This document shows positions 9,148 through 19,096 of a stretch of 64,000 nucleotides of DNA, in pieces (position 1 is the stretch's first letter; the number at the start of each line of letters is the position of its first letter). The DNA comes from a virus. The position numbers and the translations under genes are program-made. A model generated the notes under the pieces. That model had not been told where the DNA came from and did no database searches. It saw nothing but the letters and a program-made list of their open reading frames with translations. The stretch is from positions 64,001 to 128,000 of IMG/VR virus record IMGVR_UViG_3300042898_006838. One strand, 5' to 3'.

Positions 9148-10000
9148 TTCCGCTCTCCTTGACAGACACGCTGTCGACTTCGGTTCCGGTTCCAGAGGTG
9201 TCCTCAGCGTACTGCCTGTGCAGGTCGGCGAGCGTGGGCACTGGGTTGTCTGGGTACTCCAGCATCGGCTTCAGGCTCATGTCCGTTCCCGCTCCCTTGC
9301 CGCGTGCCTTGGCGATGGCGCTGAGTTGTTTCTGAGCCGTCCCCGTCTTCAGGACCATGGACGCGAAGCTCAGGGCCTGGCGCTGGCTGTCGACGTCCGG
9401 ACGCGAACTCAGGTTCTTGAACCGGAAGTAGCTGTCGACGCTGATACTGCGGACCATGTCCTCGACCGGGAGCTGGGTCTCGTCTGGGATGATACCCTCC
9501 GCCCATGCCGCGTAAGCCGGCCTCTGCGTCAATGGCACGGCCGACGGCGGCGGGTCAGGCTTCCTCTTGCCGCCGCGTCGGAAGTAGTTTGTGAAGTCCA
9601 CGGCCGTAAGCGTGGTCGTGTCCCAGAACCCGTCCCTGAACATCTCCACGCCACGACGCGTGACCTCGCGTCCAAACTTCAGGCCCAGGATCGTGGACAC
9701 GGCGTCTGGGTCCACGCGATCCAGGAGCAGATGCTCGGCACAGGATCTGACGGCAGCCGTCTCCACGATCCAGAACATGTGCAGCGTCGAAGAGCTGTCT
9801 CCGTCGAAGAACGACAGACCCAGTGACTCACGAAGATCGGCCGTGAACAAACGACCACGGAACCCGTCCCGAATCGCATCCACGTCTGCGGCTTCAGGCG
9901 GGACGTACTCCAGGTCGCTGAGGTTTGAGATCACGTCGTCCGTGTTCTCTCCGCTCAGCACCAGGTACGTCAGGTACCGGTGGTACGGGTATCGGCTCAC
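9140..10000 (-). CDS. Hypothetical protein
   Basis: Contiguous in minus-strand operon. Confidence 0.6.
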   Translation of the reverse strand: MSRYPYHRYLTYLVLSGENTDDVISNLSDLEYVPPEAADVDAIRDGFRGRLFTADLRESLGLSFFDGDSSSTLHMFWIVETAAVRSCAEHLLLDRVDPDAVSTILGLKFGREVTRRGVEMFRDGFWDTTTLTAVDFTNYFRRGGKRKPDPPPSAVPLTQRPAYAAWAEGIIPDETQLPVEDMVRSISVDSYFRFKNLSSRPDVDSQRQALSFASMVLKTGTAQKQLSAIAKARGKGAGTDMSLKPMLEYPDNPVPTLADLHRQYAEDTSGTGTEVDSVSVKESGNE

Positions 10001-10002
10001 GT

Positions 10003-12525
10003 CTAAGCCGTCGCCGCCTGCTCTGCTCGATGGTCGAGAGCCGACTTGAGCACTCGCAGACGGTTGACGGTTTTTGACAGTCCCTCAAGAGCCTGGCGGA
10101 CAGGCTCTTCGGGAACGTGAGGCATGCCCAGGCGCACGGCCACGAGCATGGCCGCGACGCGGCTGGCGGTCTCGTCGAAGTCTTCGATGCTGTCCACGAA
10201 GTACTTCAGGTTCTGAGGTGTGATGAACTCCAGGCTCAACACCGCGTCCAACGTCTCCGGGACACTCGACGCCGCCGCGGCCTTGAACAGGGCCTCGCTG
10301 GGGCGGCAGGCGGCCGCGAAGTTGACTGTTGCCTGATCGTATTCTGGATCGGGGATGACGATGACCTCGAAGCCCTGACGCTGCGGCTCGTGAAGCCCGG
10401 CGATCTTGACACCGCGATCCAGGCCCTGACGGCGCTTGGCCTCGTCGAGAGCCCAGGCCGCCCCATCTCCGTCCATGCCCATGGCCACGAGCAGCTCGCG
10501 GGCATCCCACTCGCTCAGGTCCTGCCAGCTCGCGTTCTTGTTCTGTCCACCAAGCATCGACCCCGCCACGGCGCCGGCCGCCATGGGAGCGGCGATCATC
10601 GCCGCGCCAGGTGCGTAGTGCTTGGCCACGCGAGCCGCGCCGCCGAAGCCACCGCCGGCCGCGTTGTAGAGCTTCTTGGCGCCACGGCCGATCTGCCCAG
10701 GGTTCGTGGCCAGGGTCTTCACCTGGTTGAAGCCCGTGCGAGCCAGGCCGCCGAGGAACGCGGACTTCACCGTCCACAGCGCACCGTCGCTGGTGACGTG
10801 CGTCGACGATCGGTCGCTGCTCAGCTTCGTCAGCTGGTCGCTGGCCTCCGCTACCTCCAGCTTCGACGTCAACGGCACCCACTCCACGTCGCCAGGCGCG
10901 TAGTACACCACGCCATCGGACAGGGCCGAGATCTCGTTGTTGACCGTCGTCATCTGCTGGAAGCCCTGGACACCGGCAACGGGCACAAGTGTCACACTCT
11001 GTCCGCTCACCGAGTCACGGACGATGAACAGGGTATGGATGTGCCCGCCGCTGTCCGTCACCAGCCTGACGCCGGAGATGGTCATGGGCGTGGTGGGGAT
11101 GGGTGTGCCGTGGACGTAGCTGACGAACACGCCGTGTTGACCGGTCTTCGGTGGGCGGCTGGGCAGGCGAGGGCTCGTGGATACGCGGGTGCCGAAGAGT
11201 TCGGTGGCCACGGAGTACCTGCCGTCGAGAGCCACAAAGAGCTTCTTGGGCACGACCTGTCCGTCGATGGTCACCATCTGCCGGCAAACGTAGCCGGCGA
11301 CGGTGTCTCCGCGTCGCGTGTAGATCATGTGCGCGCCGTCGCTGGCGACTGGCAGGGCCCCGGATCCGCTATCAGGATCCCATGACGCGCGCTCGACGCC
11401 GTCGCTCTCCACGTACACGTCGCCGCTGCGGAGCTTGCGCATGACCTCTGGGTAGCGGTCGCCGAGGATGGACCTGAGCTCGTCGTCAGTTACGCGCTGC
11501 GACGGCCCGCCGCTGAACTTGATGTTGATGCCGCTTGGCGCCTCGAAGATCTGGACGATGTTCGGCTTGCGCACGGCCACGGACGAGCGTGTCTCCGGCT
11601 GCACGCGCGTGACCATGTCGATGACGGCCAGGTTGTTACCCGTGCCCTTGAGCAGGGCCGGGTTCGTGGCCAGCATCTTTCTGACGCTGGCCAGGTCATT
11701 GGGGTCGAAGGATCCGGTCTTCAACAGCCGAGCGGTGAAGCCGTTGTCGACGTCGTAGCTGCTCTTCTTGTAGAGAACGTCCTTGGTCTTGCCTACGAGA
11801 GCGCCGACAGTCGCGCCTTCGGCGGCTCCGATCAGTGCGCCCTTGCCGACGGCGGCAATGGTCTTGGCTCGGCTGCGACGAGGGTCGGCGGCTCGGGCGC
11901 CGGTCTCCTTCTCGACGGCCTGAGAGACGCGAGTAGGCGTTCGGAAGGCGGCCCCGACGATGGCGCTCTTGCCCGTGTCCGGAAGAGCCCTGAGCCTGGA
12001 CACCAGGCTGCTCTTCAGGCTCGAAGTCTTGGTCCCGTCATAGGGGCCGGCGAAGGGGCTGGCCTGGCCGCTGTACTCCAGGGGCGTGGCATCGCCGGTG
12101 ACGTCGCCGACGTACGGGTTGCCGCCGATGGCGCGGCTGGCGCCACCGCCTTCGGCCTCGCCAACGGCCGGGCTGTGGGTCACGGAGCGCACGGTCTCCG
12201 GGTCCAAGTACCGGTATCGTCCCTTGTGGAAGAACACGTCCAGGGGCGCGAGCTCCGGATCTGCTCCCGGCCGCGGCCGGGAGATGACCACGGGCACCGC
12301 CATCTCGCCCTCCAGGATCACGGAGCCGACAGCCGCTCCCTTGCTGGCGTCGAGGCGTCGAAGATCGATCTCAGCCGTCTCCAGAGGCAGGTACGGGTGC
12401 TGACTCTTAAGGTAGCGAATGATCTCCGACTGCCAGAGCTTGGGGTTGGCTGGGAGCTTGTATCCGGCGACCTTCTCGAAGGACTCGGGCTCAAAGTACA
12501 GTGGCTGTCTGGACATGGTCGTCAC
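10003..12525 (-). CDS. Large putative head-associated protein with multiple KxA/KxS sites
   Basis: EKVAG, KTSS, KKSS, KLSS, KSAF, KNAS, KAAA; two Gly-zipper inserts. Confidence 0.6.
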   Translation of the reverse strand: MTTMSRQPLYFEPESFEKVAGYKLPANPKLWQSEIIRYLKSQHPYLPLETAEIDLRRLDASKGAAVGSVILEGEMAVPVVISRPRPGADPELAPLDVFFHKGRYRYLDPETVRSVTHSPAVGEAEGGGASRAIGGNPYVGDVTGDATPLEYSGQASPFAGPYDGTKTSSLKSSLVSRLRALPDTGKSAIVGAAFRTPTRVSQAVEKETGARAADPRRSRAKTIAAVGKGALIGAAEGATVGALVGKTKDVLYKKSSYDVDNGFTARLLKTGSFDPNDLASVRKMLATNPALLKGTGNNLAVIDMVTRVQPETRSSVAVRKPNIVQIFEAPSGINIKFSGGPSQRVTDDELRSILGDRYPEVMRKLRSGDVYVESDGVERASWDPDSGSGALPVASDGAHMIYTRRGDTVAGYVCRQMVTIDGQVVPKKLFVALDGRYSVATELFGTRVSTSPRLPSRPPKTGQHGVFVSYVHGTPIPTTPMTISGVRLVTDSGGHIHTLFIVRDSVSGQSVTLVPVAGVQGFQQMTTVNNEISALSDGVVYYAPGDVEWVPLTSKLEVAEASDQLTKLSSDRSSTHVTSDGALWTVKSAFLGGLARTGFNQVKTLATNPGQIGRGAKKLYNAAGGGFGGAARVAKHYAPGAAMIAAPMAAGAVAGSMLGGQNKNASWQDLSEWDARELLVAMGMDGDGAAWALDEAKRRQGLDRGVKIAGLHEPQRQGFEVIVIPDPEYDQATVNFAAACRPSEALFKAAAASSVPETLDAVLSLEFITPQNLKYFVDSIEDFDETASRVAAMLVAVRLGMPHVPEEPVRQALEGLSKTVNRLRVLKSALDHRAEQAATA

Positions 12526-12561
12526 CTCGCAGGCTCATGCTATCTGGAAAAATCGTCGTCA

Positions 12562-13551
12562 TCAGCACTTTGTGATCTTGTCAACAATCTGCTGGACCAA
12601 CTCGATGATGGGGATAATGGGGTCAAGCGACGACCTCAGCTCGTTGAGTGTCGTGGCCACGTCGCTGAGGTTGCTGAAGTCTGGGATGGCGAATGGCAGA
12701 CCCGTCGTGGCCATGTCGTCGATCAGGGCCAGGAACTGCTCGCGCTGCTCGTCACTGGTCGGGCCGCCGGCGCCGCTGAGGTCTGGGAACGGAAGCAGGC
12801 CAAATCCTGTCGGCGGCAATCCGGCCATGAGCTTGGCCATGGTGGCCAGAGGCTTGGGCAGGGGGCGAGCGGCAATATCGGCGATGAGGCTGACGATGGA
12901 CATCAGCGGCACGAGATTGGTCAGCGGCCCGATCTTGGCCTCAAGCTGAGGCAGGCTGTTGTCCTGAGCGCACTGCAAGAGGATGTCGATGTGGGGGAAT
13001 CCGAAGTTTGCCGCCGGCAGATTTCCGAATGAGTCGACGAGGCTGTTGAACTGAGCCATGGCACAGTCACCGAACTGCAGGGCGGCGATGATCGTGTCCT
13101 TGATCGTGAACACGGCGCTGAGCTGAGGGATCAGGCCTCCCAACTTCAACGCCTCGCAGACGACGCCGGCGAGGCTGTTGATGAGGTTTGGGATAAGGCT
13201 GGCGAGATCAGGGATCTCCGGCTGGATGACCACGCCGTCGGCGTCAATTAGCGGATCTGGAGGGAATAGCAGTGTCAGCGGGTTGCCAGGAGCCACGATC
13301 ATGGACAGCGCTGACAGCAACTGCATGGTCTTGATGAGCACGTCCATCAACGCCATGACGAAGCCGATGATATCGAAGACGGGTTTGATGGCACCGAGTA
13401 CGGGCTGAACTCCGGAGAGCAGGCTCTGGAACGGGTCTATGCAGTTGGGGATACCCTGACCCTGACCGGACATGGAAGACAGGTCGAGGCCGCCAGGCAG
13501 CTTGATGCTGACGGAGAGAGCGATACCCGGGATTCTAATGCATGCGCCCAT
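12562..13551 (-). CDS. Hypothetical protein (hydrophobic, Pro/Leu-rich; baseplate neighbour)
   Basis: ORF directly downstream of spike gene. Confidence 0.55.
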   Translation of the reverse strand: MGACIRIPGIALSVSIKLPGGLDLSSMSGQGQGIPNCIDPFQSLLSGVQPVLGAIKPVFDIIGFVMALMDVLIKTMQLLSALSMIVAPGNPLTLLFPPDPLIDADGVVIQPEIPDLASLIPNLINSLAGVVCEALKLGGLIPQLSAVFTIKDTIIAALQFGDCAMAQFNSLVDSFGNLPAANFGFPHIDILLQCAQDNSLPQLEAKIGPLTNLVPLMSIVSLIADIAARPLPKPLATMAKLMAGLPPTGFGLLPFPDLSGAGGPTSDEQREQFLALIDDMATTGLPFAIPDFSNLSDVATTLNELRSSLDPIIPIIELVQQIVDKITKC

Positions 13552-13554
13552 GAC

Positions 13555-14364
13555 CTAAATCGGATCCTTCTCGCCGAGAACCGGCTTGCCTTTGATGACC
13601 ACGCTCGGGGCGTCGATGTTAACTCCCGCCAGGCCGATGATGTTGATCACGTCGCCCTCGACAAAGGTTTCTCCTGCGGCATTCACACGCAGCCTCAGCG
13701 GCGGGTGCTCTGGTTTCACGGCACTGTCTCTCGCCACTTCTAGCACCACCGGGTCGTTTCCGGTTGTGCCAATGCGGACGCGGACACGCATGCCAGGGGT
13801 ATCCGGGTCAGCCTTGACCCTGAACTCGGCGTCGTAGATCACATCCTCGCTGCCAACGTCTCTGGTCCAGTTCACGAAGCCGCCGGGACCAATCATCTCC
13901 CAGTTGTTGAAGAGGTGAGCGATGGTGCTGTTGATGGGGCTGTAGACGGTGCGGGCACTGTCGCCGCTGCCGATGAGCACGGTTCCGCCATGGAAGCAGA
14001 TGACTTTGGCCTCGTTGCCCTCCTCATCCAGGGTTCGCATGGCCAGGCTTCCTTCCGTCAGGTCGGCAAGGCGGCCGCCGAGCTCCAGACCAGCGCCCTT
14101 GGTCACCGGAGACTTGAAGCCGATGACCACGGAAAAGCGTCCACGGGCACCAAAACCGGCCCGGTCCGTGGCCAGGACCAGGCACTGGCTACCGACCCTG
14201 GGCACCATGTCAAAGCCACTGCCTCCGCTGCTGATGTAGGGCAGAAGGTAGCTGACGTTGGTGAACCTGGTGCCGCTGCGGCTGCTTTGTGCGTCGAGAA
14301 CTCGGTCCTTCGCCCGGACGCTGAGAACCGAGCACTCATATATTCTTGGCTGTTGACCCGGCAT
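13555..14364 (-). CDS. Baseplate spike / gpV-gp5-like OB-fold protein
   Basis: GSGFDMVPRVGSQCLV resembles the gpV/VgrG OB motif; beta-rich C-terminus; start re-assigned to MPGQQ with AAGGAG SD. Confidence 0.55.
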   Translation of the reverse strand: MPGQQPRIYECSVLSVRAKDRVLDAQSSRSGTRFTNVSYLLPYISSGGSGFDMVPRVGSQCLVLATDRAGFGARGRFSVVIGFKSPVTKGAGLELGGRLADLTEGSLAMRTLDEEGNEAKVICFHGGTVLIGSGDSARTVYSPINSTIAHLFNNWEMIGPGGFVNWTRDVGSEDVIYDAEFRVKADPDTPGMRVRVRIGTTGNDPVVLEVARDSAVKPEHPPLRLRVNAAGETFVEGDVINIIGLAGVNIDAPSVVIKGKPVLGEKDPI

Positions 14365-14409
14365 CTTGCTCCTTGCCCGTCCGCAAAACCAGCTGGTACG
14401 CTGCGCACC

Positions 14410-15342
14410 ATGCCCACCAATGTCTCCGGCTACAACAAGTTCGAGCTCGAATCCTTCGCCAAGCGCGCTGCTGATTCCTACCTCCGTGACGGGCGGGACA
14501 TGGACGACAGTATCACGTCTCTTGCGCGTGAGAACGGCTTCACTGGGCACCACGTGGATCGCGTGGCCCAAGCCGCCAACACCTTCGTCAACGGTGAGCT
14601 GGTCAAGCAGGCTCGGGCAGAGAAGCGAGACCTGAGGGTCACATTCAAGCTGGCCAGTGGCGAGGCTGTGAAAAAGCGCTTGTCCGGTAACGACGTCAGC
14701 GAGACACGGAAGGCCGCATCACTTCAAGACTCTTTCCGTGTCGAGAAGCGCGCCGTGGACAGGGGAGCTGTTCTCGACGGCGTCATCGGCAAGACGGCGC
14801 GCGACCCGATGGCAGCTCTCCCGCGCTCCGTCGACGGCCATGAGCTTGCTGCCACCTACGTGAAGAACGCGCAGGTCGCCAAGTCAGTGGCCGGCAGCGT
14901 CACCAGTGCCACTCTCGCCTGTGCCTGTCAGGACCTGGAGTCGATGAAGGAACAAGCCACCGGAGACATGTGGCGTGCAAAGCAGGCGGCTGAGAACGTG
15001 GAGTACGAGATCCGTGACCAGGTTCACGACCTCCTCCTCGATCATCACACACCAGCCACCCTCCGCTCCGTCATCGCCAACGGCGTAAAAGACGCCAAGC
15101 TCGCGGCCTACGTCGACGGCCTGGTGACAAAGGTCGCCGCCGAGCTGGAGGTTCGCGAAGGCAGGAGCCTTGTCACAGGACTCATGGTCGTCAACGACGA
15201 TCACCCGCTGCTGACCAAGGTCGCCGAGATCAGCTCCAAACTCGATCGCTGCCGGCAGGTCAATACCGGCCTCACGGCCTTCACGGCCGCGGCCGACGCC
15301 GCTCGCCTCGACTTCACACGCGCTGCTCGCGAGGGACGATGA
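14410..15342 (+). CDS. Putative head protein (KxA motifs)
   Basis: Start re-assigned to MPTNV, divergent from spike gene; KQAR, KAAS, KTAR, KVAA. Confidence 0.6.
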   Translation: MPTNVSGYNKFELESFAKRAADSYLRDGRDMDDSITSLARENGFTGHHVDRVAQAANTFVNGELVKQARAEKRDLRVTFKLASGEAVKKRLSGNDVSETRKAASLQDSFRVEKRAVDRGAVLDGVIGKTARDPMAALPRSVDGHELAATYVKNAQVAKSVAGSVTSATLACACQDLESMKEQATGDMWRAKQAAENVEYEIRDQVHDLLLDHHTPATLRSVIANGVKDAKLAAYVDGLVTKVAAELEVREGRSLVTGLMVVNDDHPLLTKVAEISSKLDRCRQVNTGLTAFTAAADAARLDFTRAAREGR

Positions 15343-15938
15343 TGAACAAGAAATCAGGCCTTGGTTCGCTGATCATGCCCGGCATGGCTCTCGTCGACGC
15401 CGCCGAAAAGACCAAACAGTACAAGAAGATGCTGGATGTCCAGCAGGCGCCGCTGCCACCGAAGACCGCCGGAGCGAAGCAGATGCTGCGGTCATACCTG
15501 CACAAGAAAGCAAGCCTGAAGACCGAGGTCACAAAGGCCATGGCCGTCGGCGCCGGCCTCACCGCCGCCGGCGTCGGCATCGGCTTGGCGTCGAACGTCG
15601 TCGGCGACATGTACGTCAAGCTCCAGGCCGCGCGCATGTTCGCTGAGCTCAGCCGAAGGCACAGCGAAGTCCGAGGTAACAAGCGCGCTCGTGAGTACTT
15701 CGACCTGATCGTGGCCTATGCCCCCAGTCTTCTCCGCCATCCAAACGCCATCGGCGACTTCCTGCTGCGTCAGCTGCAGTACCCGATGTCCAGCGTCGAG
15801 TTCATCAAGCAGCTTGCCGATCTTGAGGCGACGGTGACGAAGACTGACCGCGGTTCGCTGGGCATGAACATCGGCGCTCAGGCCTCCGGCATGGCTTCGA
15901 ATGTGGCCGCATCCAGCTTCGTTGGCAAGAGGCGCTGA
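15339..15938 (+). CDS. Putative head/internal protein with hydrophobic segment
   Basis: KTAG, KKAS, AVGAGLTAAGVGIGL. Confidence 0.55.
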   Translation: MMNKKSGLGSLIMPGMALVDAAEKTKQYKKMLDVQQAPLPPKTAGAKQMLRSYLHKKASLKTEVTKAMAVGAGLTAAGVGIGLASNVVGDMYVKLQAARMFAELSRRHSEVRGNKRAREYFDLIVAYAPSLLRHPNAIGDFLLRQLQYPMSSVEFIKQLADLEATVTKTDRGSLGMNIGAQASGMASNVAASSFVGKRR

Positions 15939-15939
15939 G

Positions 15940-17418
15940 ATGTGGAAAGTCATCGTCAACGAACCTGAGACCAAGTTTGGCCCGAGCTGGACATGGTTGG
16001 ACATGTCCAGCCGTCACTCCCTGCACAAGGTCGCCAGCACCGGCGTATTCGTGCCACCTGAACTGCAGGCAAAGATCGCTGAGATCCAGGGGCAGCTGCC
16101 GGGTGACAAGGTCGCGTTCTACAATCGGGCCCTGGGATCCTACGAGGCCTTCGGTCTGAACAGGAACGGCGACGGATTCGAGGCTGACTGGCTGCGAAGG
16201 AACCACGACACCTTCGTCAAGAACGGCCACTACTTCAAGCACCACCAGAACAAGGACCCGGCCCTGGGGCGAGGCCGTCCCGTCGCAAGCGCCTACAACG
16301 AGAAGACGGCGATGGTGGATCTGATCATCGTCGCCGACAGGGACAAGTGCGAGGAGCAGATCCAGGCCCTTGAACGTGGTCAGCGCGTGCCTACGTCGAT
16401 GGGAGCCAAGGTCGCCTTCGACGTCTGCACCATCTGCGAGAACCGGGCTCCGAACCGCGACTCGTACTGCGAGCACGTGAAGACCGCGGCCCTGGAGCCC
16501 TACGGCATGTCCCGCGTTCTCAGCGATGGCCGTGTCTGTGGCGTGTTGAATCCGAACCCAGGTTTCTTTGACATCAGCGACGTCATCGTCGGAGCCGCGG
16601 CCGAGAGCGAGACGCTGATGAAGGTCGCCGGCTACGGGAAGCTGTCGGGAGCAGACCTGGCCGTACTCACCGGCCTGTCGAAGATCGGCGACGAGAAGGG
16701 CGCAGCGATGTCCAAGCGCCTGCCCGGCGAGATCGACGCCGCCTACCACCCGCTGTCGTCGCGAGCAGAAGACTTCAGCAGCCGTGAGGTCGACATCCCG
16801 GATGCGGACATCGACCGCGTTCGCGAGCGCTCTGGCTTCGAAGGTGTGTTGCGGAACAGTGCGGCCCTGGGCATCGTGCTCAAGCCCAGCGAGTTCGCAA
16901 GAGCCGCGAAACTGAGCTCTTTCTCTGCGCCAACCCTGAAAGAGATTTTGCGCAGTGAATCTGCCCCAAAAAAGATTCTGACGGCGGCACTCGACGACGG
17001 CTCGCTTCAGATCCTGTCTCGCTTCTACGACCAACGCAGCAGCCAGCAGCCGGCCCTCATGAACAGGATCTCAAGCCCTGGTCAAAAAATCGCCTCACGT
17101 CTGGAAGGCGAAAACGCTGATGCCAAGCGCATGTACTGCGCGTACCGCCGATCTCTTCTTGACGTCGACAGCGAAGATACTCGCTGGTCCATGAAGTGTG
17201 CGGGAACGAGCGACCGGTACCGGACAGAAACAAGCCGCGCCTACACGCTTCACGTCTTCACCGAGCCTGAGATCAGGGAGAAAGTCCTTGACCGGATCAC
17301 GAAGGTTGCCGGACAATCACGCGGCACTGGATTCGGTCCCGTCAGCGGATCGATGGCAGATGAACTCGGTGTTGAAGTACTTGAACTTCTTGCGGTACAG
17401 TCTATCCAGACTTTTTGA
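15940..17418 (+). CDS. Putative prohead maturation protease
   Basis: NRNGDGF, FKHHQNKDP, SMGAKV, CxxC Zn site, FFDISDV; lies upstream of scaffold and capsid; has KVA self-cleavage-like sites. Confidence 0.55.
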   Translation: MWKVIVNEPETKFGPSWTWLDMSSRHSLHKVASTGVFVPPELQAKIAEIQGQLPGDKVAFYNRALGSYEAFGLNRNGDGFEADWLRRNHDTFVKNGHYFKHHQNKDPALGRGRPVASAYNEKTAMVDLIIVADRDKCEEQIQALERGQRVPTSMGAKVAFDVCTICENRAPNRDSYCEHVKTAALEPYGMSRVLSDGRVCGVLNPNPGFFDISDVIVGAAAESETLMKVAGYGKLSGADLAVLTGLSKIGDEKGAAMSKRLPGEIDAAYHPLSSRAEDFSSREVDIPDADIDRVRERSGFEGVLRNSAALGIVLKPSEFARAAKLSSFSAPTLKEILRSESAPKKILTAALDDGSLQILSRFYDQRSSQQPALMNRISSPGQKIASRLEGENADAKRMYCAYRRSLLDVDSEDTRWSMKCAGTSDRYRTETSRAYTLHVFTEPEIREKVLDRITKVAGQSRGTGFGPVSGSMADELGVEVLELLAVQSIQTF

Positions 17419-17439
17419 CCGCCGGACTTCGGAAAAAGA

Positions 17440-18240
17440 ATGGGAGCAAACATGAGCGACATCGCCAACCTCTACAACGAGGTCATGAACCAGGCGGAAG
17501 CCGAGAAGACGGCATCCGACATGAGCGAGGGCCCAGCCTTCGACAAGACTTTCTTCGAGAAGGTTGCCAACGGTGAGGAGGACGCTGTCGAAGCGCTCAA
17601 CTCCTTCATCGACGACGCCCGTTCCGAAGGCTACAGCGATGAACAGATCGAGGAAGCCATCGGCGAGTCGATGAGCGAAGCCGGCATCATCGAGAGCGAA
17701 GACGAAGGCGAAGGCGCTGACGACGGCGAAGACGAGTTCGAGCTCCACAAGGCCGCGGCTTACGCCGAGGGCGCCACGAAGGCCGTCGAAGACGTCCTTG
17801 AGACCGAGATGGCGAAGACCGCCGGCGTCACCGCCGAGGACTTCATGGAGTACGAGGTCGGCATGGCCTACGGCCAGGGCTACGCGGAAACGCGTCGCGC
17901 CGCCGAAGAGATCGTGACCAAGATCGCGGCCGCCAAGATCCCCGGCCAGAAGCTCAAGATGGGCGTCGGCGCCAAGCTCAAGCAGTACTTCCAGGGCGGC
18001 AGCGCCATGGACCGTGCGGCCAAGCGTCTCGCCGGCTCCGGCATCCAGGGCAACGCGAGCCTCAGCGACGGCACCGGCCGCATCCCGATGCAGGTCCGCA
18101 AGGCCATCCTCAGCGAAGAGAAGTCGGCCGTGAAGGGCATCGGCAAACGCCGCAAGGCCGTCGCCGGTGGTCTCGCCCTTGGTGCCGTCGGCGCCGGCGG
18201 CGCTGCTGCTGGTATGGCCGCTCGGAAGAACCGGGACTGA
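17440..18240 (+). CDS. Acidic scaffold-like head protein
   Basis: Very acidic helical protein with EKTAS, EKVA, KTAG, KIAA. Confidence 0.55.
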   Translation: MGANMSDIANLYNEVMNQAEAEKTASDMSEGPAFDKTFFEKVANGEEDAVEALNSFIDDARSEGYSDEQIEEAIGESMSEAGIIESEDEGEGADDGEDEFELHKAAAYAEGATKAVEDVLETEMAKTAGVTAEDFMEYEVGMAYGQGYAETRRAAEEIVTKIAAAKIPGQKLKMGVGAKLKQYFQGGSAMDRAAKRLAGSGIQGNASLSDGTGRIPMQVRKAILSEEKSAVKGIGKRRKAVAGGLALGAVGAGGAAAGMAARKNRD

Positions 18241-18241
18241 A

Positions 18242-18604
18242 ATGAAGGCCACAGACTTCGCCAAACTTGGTCGTGAGCTCGTCGCAAGCCGTAAGGAATG
18301 TGACGCTCTCAAGGTCAAACTTGCTGGTCTGGAAAAGCGGGCGGCGGCGGAGGTCTTCCTCACGTCGCTCCTGCAGGACCCCACGGCTCCCATGCACCTC
18401 CGTCCTTCGGGCGTGGAGGACTTCCTCTCCAAGAGGGACCAGGTCGAGAAACTTGACCTGGAGACCGCAAAGCTCGCCGCTCAAATGGCAAGCCGCGGAG
18501 GATTCGAGATCGGGGAACCTGAGGACGCAAGCCCCAGGTACTCCTCGTCCAGCAGCAAGGCCGACGACCAATTCGTCGACTGGCTGTCCGGTTTTGGCCA
18601 GTGA
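18242..18604 (+). CDS. Scaffold/coiled-coil head protein
   Basis: Start MKATDF right after the upstream stop; KRAA, KLAA. Confidence 0.55.
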   Translation: MKATDFAKLGRELVASRKECDALKVKLAGLEKRAAAEVFLTSLLQDPTAPMHLRPSGVEDFLSKRDQVEKLDLETAKLAAQMASRGGFEIGEPEDASPRYSSSSSKADDQFVDWLSGFGQ

Positions 18605-18628
18605 ACATTTGAGCGGAGGAATACCCCC

Positions 18629-19054
18629 ATGTCGATCGAGATCATCACCCGCCGTGCACCTGAAGATCGCCGCTCTGTGGCGCTCAATCCCGCGGCCCTG
18701 CCGACCATCAAGGCCGGGCAGATTCTGCAGAAGATCGGCGGTTTTGCCGTCCTCGCCGATGGCGCGGCTCCCATCCCCGACCCGATGTGGGCTTTCACCC
18801 AGACCGGCCGTCTGGACACTGACATCAGCAAGTCAGTGACCATCGTCGAAGCTCCGTTCTCTGCCAAGGTCAACAGCGACTGCTACGTCGGATCACCCGC
18901 CGCCGGCAACGCTCTCAAGGTCGGCACCGGCGCCGACAAGGGTAAGCTGGTCGTCGCGACCCTGCCCGCCGACCAGTCAGCTGCACTCGTCGTCGCGTTC
19001 TGCGTCACGGGTCCGGATGCCGACAACAAGATCGAGATCAAAGCCGTCCGCTGA
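18629..19054 (+). CDS. Putative capsid decoration protein
   Basis: 141 aa, beta-rich, immediately before capsid gene; GGAGGA SD. Confidence 0.5.
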   Translation: MSIEIITRRAPEDRRSVALNPAALPTIKAGQILQKIGGFAVLADGAAPIPDPMWAFTQTGRLDTDISKSVTIVEAPFSAKVNSDCYVGSPAAGNALKVGTGADKGKLVVATLPADQSAALVVAFCVTGPDADNKIEIKAVR

Positions 19055-19096
19055 GCTTGGTCACAATTCCCCGCCCAGGGATCTGAAGGAGAAGTC

